A stretch of DNA of 64,000 nt from Eledone cirrhosa. Taxonomy: Eukaryota. The stretch covers positions 36,890,001 to 36,954,000 of the forward strand of contig OZ024758.1 in the NCBI GenBank assembly GCA_964016885.1, written 5' to 3'. Below, piece after piece: positions 1-11,829 of the stretch (positions are counted from its first letter, which is position 1; each line of letters opens with the position of its first letter). Below the pieces are notes generated by a model. The model saw only the letters and a program-made list of their open reading frames with translations. It did no database searches and was not told the origin of the DNA. The position numbers and the translations under genes were made by a program.

Positions 1-279
1 CCACTGTTGGTGAGAATTCATTTAAGTTCATGGTATTACCTGTCAGAAGGAACTCCAATGTTGGTGAGAATTCATTTAAGTCATGGTACTAGCTGTCAGA
101 AGTAACTCCACTGTTGGTGAGAATTCATTTAAGTTCATGGTATTAGCTGTCAGAAGGAACGCCACTGTTGGTGAGAATTCATTTAAGTTCATGGTATTAG
201 CTGTCAGAAGTAACTCCACTGTTGGTGAGAATTCATTTAAGTTCATGGTACTAGCTGTCAGAAGTAACTCCAATGTTGG

Positions 280-3200
280 TGAGAATTCATTTAAGTTCAT
301 GGTATTAGCTGTCAGAAGGAACTCCACTGTTGGTGAGAATTCATTTAAGTCTTGGTATTAGTTGTCAGAAGTAACTCCAATGTTGGTGAGAATTCATTTA
401 AGTTCATGGTACTAGCTGTCAGAAGTAACTCCACTGTTGGTGAGAATTCATTTAAGTTCATGGTACTAGCCGTCAGAAGTAACTCCCCTGTTGGTGAGAA
501 TTCAGTTAAGTTCATGGTATTAGTTGTCAGAAGTAACTCCACTGTTGGTGAGAATTCATTTAAATCATGGTATTAGTTGTCAGAAGTAACTCCAATGTTG
601 GTGAGAATTCATTTAAGTTCATGATACTAGCTGTCAGAAGTAACTCCACTGTTGGTGAGAATTCATTTAAGTCATGGTATTAGCTGTCAGAAGTAACTCC
701 ACTGTTGGTGAGAATTCATTTAAGTCATGGTATTAGCTGTCAGAAGTAACTCCATTGTTGGTGAGAATTCATTTAAGTCATGGTACTAGCTGTCAGAAGT
801 AACTCCACTGTTGGTGAGAATTCATTTAAGTTCATGGTATTAGCTGTCAGAAGGAACTCCACTGTTGGTGAGAATTCATTTAAGTTCATGGTACTAGCTG
901 TCAGAAGTAACTCCACTGTTGGTGAGAATTCATTTAAGTTCATGGTATTAGTTTGTCAGAAGTAATTCCACTGTTGGTGAGAATTCATTTAAGTCATGGT
1001 ATTAGTTGTCAGAAGTAACTCCAATGTTGGTGAGAATTCATTTAAGTCATGGTACTAGCTGTCAGAAGTAACTCCAATGTTGGTGAGAATTCATTTAAGT
1101 TCATGGTATTAGCTGTCAGAAGGAACTCCACTGTTGGTGAGAATTCATTTAAGTTCATGGTATTAGCTGTCAGAAGTAACTCCACTGTTGGTGAGAATTC
1201 ATTTAAGTTCATGGTATTAGCTGTCAGAAGTAACTCCACTGTTGGTGAGAATTCATTTAAGTTCATGGTACTAGCTGTCAGAAGTAACTCCACTGTTGGT
1301 GAGAATTCATTTAAGTTCATGGTTCTAGCTGTCAGAATTAACTCCACTGTTGGTGAGAATTCATTTAAGTTCATGGTACTAGCTGTCAGAAGTAACTCCA
1401 ATGTTGGTAAGAATTCATTTAAGTTCATGATATTAGCTGTCAGAAGTAACTCCACTGTTGGTGAGAATTCATTTAAGTTCATGGTACTAGCTGTCAGAAG
1501 TAACTCCACTGTTGGTGAGAATTCATTTAAGTTTATGGTACTAGCTGTCAGAAGTAACCCCAATGTTGGTGAGAATTCATTTAAGTTCATGGTATTAGCT
1601 GTCAGAAGTCACTCCAATGTTGGTGAGAATTCATTTAAGTTCATGGTATTAGCTGTCAGAAGTCACTCCACTGTTGGTGAGAATTCATTTAAGTTCATGG
1701 TACTAGCTGTCAGAAGTAACCCCAATGTTGCTGAGAATTCATTTAAGTTCATGGTATTAGCTGTCAGAAGTCACTCCAATGTTGGTGAGAATTCATTTAA
1801 GTTCATGGTATTAGCTGTCAGAAGTAACTCCACTGTTGGTGAGAATTCATTTAAGTTCATGGTATTAGCTGTCAGAAGTAACTCCACTGTTGGTGAGAAT
1901 TCATTTAAGTTCATGGTATTAGCTGTCAGAAGTAACTCCACTGTTGGTGAGAATTCATTTAAGTTCATGGTACTAGTTGTCAGAAGTAACTCCACTGTTG
2001 GTGAGAATTCATTTAAGTTCATGGTACTAGCTGTCAGAAGTAACTCCACTGTTGGTGAGAATTCATTTAAGTTCATGGTATTAGCTGTCAGAAGGAACGC
2101 CACTGTTGGTGAGAATTCATTTAAGTTCATGGTATTAGCTGTCAGAAGTAACTCCACTGTTGGTGAGAATTCATTTAAGTTCATGGTACTAGCTGTCAGA
2201 AGTAACTCCAATGTTGGTGAGAATTCATTTAAGTTCATGGTATTAGCTGTCAGAAGGAACTCCACTGTTGGTGAGAATTCATTTAAGTTCATGGTATTAG
2301 CTGTCAGAAGTAACTCCACTGTTGGTGAGAATTCATTTAAGTTCATGGTATTAGCTGTCAGAAGTAACTCCACTGTTGGTGAGAATTCATTTAAGTCATG
2401 GTATTAGTTGTCAGAAGTAACTCCAATGTTGGTGAGAATTCATTTAAGTTCATGGTACTAGCTGTCAGAAGTAACTCCACTGTTGGTGAGAATTCATTTA
2501 AGTTCATGGTATTAGCTGTCAGAAGTAACTCCACTGTTGGTGAGAATTCATTTAAGTCATGGTATTAGCTGTCAGAAGTAACTCCAATGTTGGTGAGAAT
2601 TCATTTAAGTCTTGGTACTAGCTGTCAGAAGTAACTCCAATGTTGGTGAGAATTCAGTTAAGTTCATGGTATTAGCTGTCAGAAGGAACTCCACTGTTGG
2701 TGAGAATTCATTTAAGTTCATGGTATTAGCTGTCAGAAGTAACTTCACTGTTGGTGAGAATTCATTTAAGTTCATGGTACTAGCTGTCAGAAGTAACTCC
2801 ACTGTTGGTGAGAATTCATTTAAGTTCATGGTACTAGCCGTCAGAAGTAACTCCACTGTTGGTGAGAATTCAGTTAAGTTCATGGTATTAGTTGTCAGAA
2901 GTAACTCCACTGTTGGTGAGAATTCATTTAAATCATGGTATTAGTTGTCAGAAGTAACTCCAATGTTGGTGAGAATTCATTTAAGTTCATGGTACTAGCT
3001 GTCAGAAGTAACTCCACTGTTGGTGAGAATTCATTTAAGTTCATGGTATTAGCTGTCAGAAGGAACTCCACTGTTGGTGGGAATTCATTTAAGTTCATGG
3101 TATTAGCTGTGAGAAGTCACTCCACTGTTGGTGAGAATTCATTTAAGTTCATGGTATTAGCTGTCAGAAGGAACGCCACTGTTGGTGAGAATTCATTTAA

Positions 3201-6200
3201 GTTCATGGTATTAGCTGTCAGAAGTAACTCCACTGTTGGTGAGAATTCATTTAAGTTCATGGTACTAGCTGTCAGAAGTAACTCCAATGTTGGTGAGAAT
3301 TCATTTAAGTTCATGGTATTAGCTGTCAGAAGGAACTCCACTGTTGGTGAGAATTCATTTAAGTCATGGTATTAGTTGTCAGAAGTAACTCCAATGTTGG
3401 TGAGAATTCATTTAAGTCATGGTACTAGCTGTCAGAAGTAACTCCAATGTTGGTGAGAATTCATTTAAGTTCATGGTATTAGCTGTCAGAAGGAACTCCA
3501 CTGTTGGTGAGAATTCATTTAAGTTCATGGTATTAGCTGTCAGAAGTAACTCCACTGTTGGTGAGAATTCATTTAAGTTCATGGTATTAGCTGTCAGAAG
3601 TAACTCCACTGTTGGTGAGAATTCATTTAAGTTCATGGTACTAGCTGTCAGAAGTAACTCCACTGTTGGTGAGAATTCATTTAAGTTCATGGTTCTAGCT
3701 GTCAGAATTAACTCCACTGTTGGTGAGAATTCATTTAAGTTCATGGTACTAGCTGTCAGAAGTAACTCCAATGTTGGTAAGAATTCATTTAAGTTCATGA
3801 TATTAGCTGTCAGAAGTAACTCCACTGTTGGTGAGAATTCATTTAAGTTCATGGTACTAGCTGTCAGAAGTAACTCCACTGTTGGTGAGAATTCATTTAA
3901 GTTTATGGTACTAGCTGTCAGAAGTAACCCCAATGTTGGTGAGAATTCATTTAAGTTCATGGTATTAGCTGTCAGAAGTCACTCCAATGTTGGTGAGAAT
4001 TCATTTAAGTTCATGGTATTAGCTGTCAGAAGTCACTCCACTGTTGGTGAGAATTCATTTAAGTTCATGGTACTAGCTGTCAGAAGTAACCCCAATGTTG
4101 CTGAGAATTCATTTAAGTTCATGGTATTAGCTGTCAGAAGTCACTCCAATGTTGGTGAGAATTCATTTAAGTTCATGGTATTAGCTGTCAGAAGTAACTC
4201 CACTGTTGGTGAGAATTCATTTAAGTTCATGGTATTAGCTGTCAGAAGTAACTCCACTGTTGGTGAGAATTCATTTAAGTTCATGGTATTAGCTGTCAGA
4301 AGTAACTCCACTGTTGGTGAGAATTCATTTAAGTTCATGGTACTAGTTGTCAGAAGTAACTCCACTGTTGGTGAGAATTCATTTAAGTTCATGGTACTAG
4401 CTGTCAGAAGTAACTCCACTGTTGGTGAGAATTCATTTAAGTTCATGGTATTAGCTGTCAGAAGGAACGCCACTGTTGGTGAGAATTCATTTAAGTTCAT
4501 GGTATTAGCTGTCAGAAGTAACTCCACTGTTGGTGAGAATTCATTTAAGTTCATGGTACTAGCTGTCAGAAGTAACTCCAATGTTGGTGAGAATTCATTT
4601 AAGTTCATGGTATTAGCTGTCAGAAGGAACTCCACTGTTGGTGAGAATTCATTTAAGTTCATGGTATTAGCTGTCAGAAGTAACTCCACTGTTGGTGAGA
4701 ATTCATTTAAGTCATGGTATTAGCTGTCAGAAGTAACTCCAATGTTGGTGAGAATTCATTTAAGTCTTGGTACTAGCTGTCAGAAGTAACTCCAATGTTG
4801 GTGAGAATTCAGTTAAGTTCATGGTATTAGCTGTCAGAAGGAACTCCACTGTTGGTGAGAATTCATTTAAGTTCATGGTATTAGCTGTCAGAAGTAACTT
4901 CACTGTTGGTGAGAATTCATTTAAGTTCATGGTACTAGCTGTCAGAAGTAACTCCACTGTTGGTGAGAATTCATTTAAGTTCATGGTACTAGCCGTCAGA
5001 AGTAACTCCACTGTTGGTGAGAATTCAGTTAAGTTCATGGTATTAGTTGTCAGAAGTAACTCCACTGTTGGTGAGAATTCATTTAAATCATGGTATTAGT
5101 TGTCAGAAGTAACTCCAATGTTGGTGAGAATTCATTTAAGTTCATGGTACTAGCTGTCAGAAGTAACTCCACTGTTGGTGAGAATTCATTTAAGTTCATG
5201 GTATTAGCTGTCAGAAGGAACTCCACTGTTGGTGGGAATTCATTTAAGTTCATGGTATTAGCTGTGAGAAGTCACTCCACTGTTGGTGAGAATTCATTTA
5301 AGTTCATGGTATTAGCTGTCAGAAGGAACGCCACTGTTGGTGAGAATTCATTTAAGTTCATGGTATTAGCTGTCAGAAGTAACTCCACTGTTGGTGAGAA
5401 TTCATTTAAGTTCATGGTACTAGCTGTCAGAAGTAACTCCAATGTTGGTGAGAATTCATTTAAGTTCATGGTATTAGCTGTCAGAAGGAACTCCACTGTT
5501 GGTGAGAATTCATTTAAGTCATGGTATTAGTTGTCAGAAGTAACTCCAATGTTGGTGAGAATTCATTTAAGTCATGGTACTAGCTATCAGAAGTAACTCC
5601 AATGTTGGTGAGAATTCATTTAAGTTCATGGTATTAGCTGTCAGAAGGAACTCCACTGTTGGTGAGAATTCATTTAAGTTCATGGTATTAGCTGTCAGAA
5701 GTAACTCCACTGTTGGTGAGAATTCATTTAAGTTCATGGTATTAGCTGTCAGAAGTAACTCCACTGTTGGTGAGAATTCATTTAAGTTCATGGTACTAGC
5801 TGTCAGAAGTAACTCCACTGTTGGTGAGAATTCATTTAAGTTCATGGTTCTAGCTGTCAGAATTAACTCCACTGTTGGTGAGAATTCATTTAAGTTCATG
5901 GTACTAGCTGTCAGAAGTAACTCCAATGTTGGTAAGAATTCATTTAAGTTCATGATATTAGCTGTCAGAAGTAACTCCACTGTTGGTGAGAATTCATTTA
6001 AGTTCATGGTACTAGCTGTCAGAAGTAACTCCACTGTTGGTGAGAATTCATTTAAGTTTATGGTACTAGCTGTCAGAAGTAACCCCAATGTTGGTGAGAA
6101 TTCATTTAAGTTCATGGTATTAGCTGTCAGAAGTCACTCCAATGTTGGTGAGAATTCATTTAAGTTCATGGTATTAGCTGTCAGAAGTCACTCCACTGTT

Positions 6201-9200
6201 GGTGAGAATTCATTTAAGTTCATGGTACTAGCTGTCAGAAGTAACCCCAATGTTGCTGAGAATTCATTTAAGTTCATGGTATTAGCTGTCAGAAGTCACT
6301 CCAATGTTGGTGAGAATTCATTTAAGTTCATGGTATTAGCTGTCAGAAGTAACTCCACTGTTGGTGAGAATTCATTTAAGTTCATGGTATTAGCTGTCAG
6401 AAGTAACTCCACTGTTGGTGAGAATTCATTTAAGTTCATGGTATTAGCTGTCAGAAGTAACTCCACTGTTGGTGAGAATTCATTTAAGTTCATGGTACTA
6501 GTTGTCAGAAGTAACTCCACTGTTGGTGAGAATTCATTTAAGTTCATGGTACTAGCTGTCAGAAGTAACTCCACTGTTGGTGAGAATTCATTTAAGTTCA
6601 TGGTATTAGCTGTCAGAAGGAACGCCACTGTTGGTGAGAATTCATTTAAGTTCATGGTATTAGCTGTCAGAAGTAACTCCACTGTTGGTGAGAATTCATT
6701 TAAGTTCATGGTACTAGCTGTCAGAAGTAACTCCAATGTTGGTGAGAATTCATTTAAGTTCATGGTATTAGCTGTCAGAAGGAACTCCACTGTTGGTGAG
6801 AATTCATTTAAGTTCATGGTATTAGCTGTCAGAAGGAACTCCACTGTTGGTGAGAATTCATTTAAGTTCATGGTATTAGCTGTCAGAAGTAACTTCACTG
6901 TTGGTGAGAATTCATTTAAGTTCATGGTACTAGCTGTCAGAAGTAACTCCACTGTTGGTGAGAATTCATTTAAGTTCATGGTATTAGCTGTCAGAAGTAA
7001 CTCCACTGTTGGTGAGAATTCATTTATGTTCATGGTATTAGCTGTCAGAAGTAACTCCACTGTTGGTGAGAATTCATTTAAGTTCATGGTATTAGCTGTC
7101 AGAAGGAACTCCACTGTTGGTGAGAATTCATTTAAGTCTTGGTATTAGTTGTCAGAAGTAACTCCAATGTTGGTGAGAATTCATTTAAGTTCATGGTACT
7201 AGCTGTCAGAAGTAACTCCACTGTTGGTGAGAATTCATTTAAGTTCATGGTACTAGCCGTCAGAAGTAACTCCCCTGTTGGTGAGAATTCAGTTAAGTTC
7301 ATGGTATTAGTTGTCAGAAGTAACTCCACTGTTGGTGAGAATTCATTTAAATCATGGTATTAGTTGTCAGAAGTAACTCCAATGTTGGTGAGAATTCATT
7401 TAAGTTCATGATACTAGCTGTCAGAAGTAACTCCACTGTTGGTGAGAATTCATTTAAGTCATGGTATTAGCTGTCAGAAGTAACTCCACTGTTGGTGAGA
7501 ATTCATTTAAGTCATGGTATTAGCTGTCAGAAGTAACTCCATTGTTGGTGAGAATTCATTTAAGTCATGGTACTAGCTGTCAGAAGTAACTCCACTGTTG
7601 GTGAGAATTCATTTAAGTTCATGGTATTAGCTGTCAGAAGGAACTCCACTGTTGGTGAGAATTCATTTAAGTTCATGGTACTAGCTGTCAGAAGTAACTC
7701 CACTGTTGGTGAGAATTCATTTAAGTTCATGGTATTAGTTTGTCAGAAGTAATTCCACTGTTGGTGAGAATTCATTTAAGTCATGGTATTAGTTGTCAGA
7801 AGTAACTCCAATGTTGGTGAGAATTCATTTAAGTCATGGTACTAGCTGTCAGAAGTAACTCCAATGTTGGTGAGAATTCATTTAAGTTCATGGTATTAGC
7901 TGTCAGAAGGAACTCCACTGTTGGTGAGAATTCATTTAAGTTCATGGTATTAGCTGTCAGAAGTAACTCCACTGTTGGTGAGAATTCATTTAAGTTCATG
8001 GTATTAGCTGTCAGAAGTAACTCCACTGTTGGTGAGAATTCATTTAAGTTCATGGTACTAGCTGTCAGAAGTAACTCCACTGTTGGTGAGAATTCATTTA
8101 AGTTCATGGTTCTAGCTGTCAGAATTAACTCCACTGTTGGTGAGAATTCATTTAAGTTCATGGTACTAGCTGTCAGAAGTAACTCCAATGTTGGTAAGAA
8201 TTCATTTAAGTTCATGATATTAGCTGTCAGAAGTAACTCCACTGTTGGTGAGAATTCATTTAAGTTCATGGTACTAGCTGTCAGAAGTAACTCCACTGTT
8301 GGTGAGAATTCATTTAAGTTTATGGTACTAGCTGTCAGAAGTAACCCCAATGTTGGTGAGAATTCATTTAAGTTCATGGTATTAGCTGTCAGAAGTCACT
8401 CCAATGTTGGTGAGAATTCATTTAAGTTCATGGTATTAGCTGTCAGAAGTCACTCCACTGTTGGTGAGAATTCATTTAAGTTCATGGTACTAGCTGTCAG
8501 AAGTAACCCCAATGTTGCTGAGAATTCATTTAAGTTCATGGTATTAGCTGTCAGAAGTCACTCCAATGTTGGTGAGAATTCATTTAAGTTCATGGTATTA
8601 GCTGTCAGAAGTAACTCCACTGTTGGTGAGAATTCATTTAAGTTCATGGTATTAGCTGTCAGAAGTAACTCCACTGTTGGTGAGAATTCATTTAAGTTCA
8701 TGGTATTAGCTGTCAGAAGTAACTCCACTGTTGGTGAGAATTCATTTAAGTTCATGGTACTAGTTGTCAGAAGTAACTCCACTGTTGGTGAGAATTCATT
8801 TAAGTTCATGGTACTAGCTGTCAGAAGTAACTCCACTGTTGGTGAGAATTCATTTAAGTTCATGGTATTAGCTGTCAGAAGGAACGCCACTGTTGGTGAG
8901 AATTCATTTAAGTTCATGGTATTAGCTGTCAGAAGTAACTCCACTGTTGGTGAGAATTCATTTAAGTTCATGGTACTAGCTGTCAGAAGTAACTCCAATG
9001 TTGGTGAGAATTCATTTAAGTTCATGGTATTAGCTGTCAGAAGGAACTCCACTGTTGGTGAGAATTCATTTAAGTTCATGGTATTAGCTGTCAGAAGTAA
9101 CTCCACTGTTGGTGAGAATTCATTTAAGTTCATGGTATTAGCTGTCAGAAGTAACTCCACTGTTGGTGAGAATTCATTTAAGTCATGGTATTAGTTGTCA

Positions 9201-10876
9201 GAAGTAACTCCAATGTTGGTGAGAATTCATTTAAGTTCATGGTACTAGCTGTCAGAAGTAACTCCACTGTTGGTGAGAATTCATTTAAGTTCATGGTATT
9301 AGCTGTCAGAAGTAACTCCACTGTTGGTGAGAATTCATTTAAGTCATGGTATTAGCTGTCAGAAGTAACTCCAATGTTGGTGAGAATTCATTTAAGTCTT
9401 GGTACTAGCTGTCAGAAGTAACTCCAATGTTGGTGAGAATTCAGTTAAGTTCATGGTATTAGCTGTCAGAAGGAACTCCACTGTTGGTGAGAATTCATTT
9501 AAGTTCATGGTATTAGCTGTCAGAAGTAACTTCACTGTTGGTGAGAATTCATTTAAGTTCATGGTACTAGCTGTCAGAAGTAACTCCACTGTTGGTGAGA
9601 ATTCATTTAAGTTCATGGTACTAGCCGTCAGAAGTAACTCCACTGTTGGTGAGAATTCAGTTAAGTTCATGGTATTAGTTGTCAGAAGTAACTCCACTGT
9701 TGGTGAGAATTCATTTAAATCATGGTATTAGTTGTCAGAAGTAACTCCAATGTTGGTGAGAATTCATTTAAGTTCATGGTACTAGCTGTCAGAAGTAACT
9801 CCACTGTTGGTGAGAATTCATTTAAGTTCATGGTATTAGCTGTCAGAAGGAACTCCACTGTTGGTGGGAATTCATTTAAGTTCATGGTATTAGCTGTGAG
9901 AAGTCACTCCACTGTTGGTGAGAATTCATTTAAGTTCATGGTATTAGCTGTCAGAAGGAACGCCACTGTTGGTGAGAATTCATTTAAGTTCATGGTATTA
10001 GCTGTCAGAAGTAACTCCACTGTTGGTGAGAATTCATTTAAGTTCATGGTACTAGCTGTCAGAAGTAACTCCAATGTTGGTGAGAATTCATTTAAGTTCA
10101 TGGTATTAGCTGTCAGAAGGAACTCCACTGTTGGTGAGAATTCATTTAAGTCATGGTATTAGTTGTCAGAAGTAACTCCAATGTTGGTGAGAATTCATTT
10201 AAGTCATGGTACTAGCTGTCAGAAGTAACTCCAATGTTGGTGAGAATTCATTTAAGTTCATGGTATTAGCTGTCAGAAGGAACTCCACTGTTGGTGAGAA
10301 TTCATTTAAGTTCATGGTATTAGCTGTCAGAAGTAACTCCACTGTTGGTGAGAATTCATTTAAGTTCATGGTATTAGCTGTCAGAAGTAACTCCACTGTT
10401 GGTGAGAATTCATTTAAGTTCATGGTACTAGCTGTCAGAAGTAACTCCACTGTTGGTGAGAATTCATTTAAGTTCATGGTTCTAGCTGTCAGAATTAACT
10501 CCACTGTTGGTGAGAATTCATTTAAGTTCATGGTACTAGCTGTCAGAAGTAACTCCAATGTTGGTAAGAATTCATTTAAGTTCATGATATTAGCTGTCAG
10601 AAGTAACTCCACTGTTGGTGAGAATTCATTTAAGTTCATGGTACTAGCTGTCAGAAGTAACTCCACTGTTGGTGAGAATTCATTTAAGTTTATGGTACTA
10701 GCTGTCAGAAGTAACCCCAATGTTGGTGAGAATTCATTTAAGTTCATGGTATTAGCTGTCAGAAGTCACTCCAATGTTGGTGAGAATTCATTTAAGTTCA
10801 TGGTATTAGCTGTCAGAAGTCACTCCACTGTTGGTGAGAATTCATTTAAGTTCATGGTACTAGCTGTCAGAAGTAA
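280..10876. repeat. Segmental duplication of about 3.8 kb at offset 6787 bp (~280-4089 vs ~7067-10876)
   Basis: Matching ORF pairs are 352/7139, 780/7567, 1049/7836, 2612/9399, 2935/9722 and 3419/10206. The rare variants AACTCCCCTG (481/7268) and AGTAATTCCA (961/7748) occur only in these two copies. Confidence 0.9.
1049..10876. repeat. Higher-order repeat domain: five copies of a 40-44-monomer unit (spacings 2370, 2155, 2262 and 2370 bp; last copy truncated)
   Basis: The private marker GGTTCTAGCTGTCAGAATTAAC occurs at 1321, 3691, 5846, 8108 and 10478. Each is followed by the same ordered variants (GGTAAGAATTC, CATGATATTAG, GTTTATGG...AACCCCAAT). ORF starts at 1049, 3419, 5574, 7836 and 10206 share these spacings. 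Confidence 0.9.
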
Positions 10877-11829
10877 TAACTCCAATGTTGGTGAGAATTC
10901 ATTTAAGTTCATGGTATTAGCTGTCAGAAGGAACTCCACTGTTGGTGAGAATTCATTTAAGTCTTGGTATTAGTTGTCAGAAGTAACTCCAATGTTGGTG
11001 AGAATTCATTTAAGTTCATGGTACTAGCTGTCAGAAGTAACTCCACTGTTGGTGAGATTTCATTTAAGTTCATGGTACTAGCTGTCAAAAGTAACTCCAA
11101 TGTTGGTGAGAATTCATTTAAGTTCATGGTATTAGCTGTCAGAAGTAACTCCACTGTTGGTGAGAATTCATTTAAGTTCATGGTACTAGCTGTCAGAAGT
11201 AACTCCACTGTTGGTGAGAATTCAGTTAAGTTCATGGTATTAGTTGTCAGAAGTAACTCCACTGTTGGTGAGAATTCATTTAAATCATGGTATTAGTTGT
11301 CAGAAGTAACTCCAATGTTGGTGAGAATTCATTTAATTTCATGGTACTAGCTGTCAGAAGTAACTCCACTGTTGGTGAGAAATCATTTAAGTCATGGTAT
11401 TAGTTGTCAGAAGTAACTCCAATGTTGGTGAGAATTCATTTAAGTTCATGGTACTAGCTGTCAGAAGTAACTCCACTGTTGGTGAGAATTCATTTAAGTT
11501 CATGGTATTAGCTGTCAGAAGTAACTCCACTGTTGGTGAGAATTCATTTAAGTCATGGTATTAGTTGTCAGAAGTAACTCCAATGTTGGTGAGAATTCAT
11601 TTAAGTTCATGGTACTAGCTGTCAGAAGTAACTCCACTGTTGGTGAGAATTCATTTAAGTTCATGGTATTAGCTGTCAGAAGTAACTCCACTGTTGGTGA
11701 GAATTCATTTAAGTCATGGTATTAGCTGTCAGAAGTAACTCCAATGTTGGTGAGAATTCATTTAAGTCTTGGTACTAGCTGTCAGAAGTAACTCCAATGT
11801 TGGTGAGAATTCAGTTAAGTTCATGGTAT

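Noticed and set aside
1071-1090. Hairpin or dyad at CCAATGTTGG as a terminator or cruciform
   Set aside because: The arms are only 4 bp with a 2-nt loop, present only in the CCAAT variant. That is too weak to support a structure.
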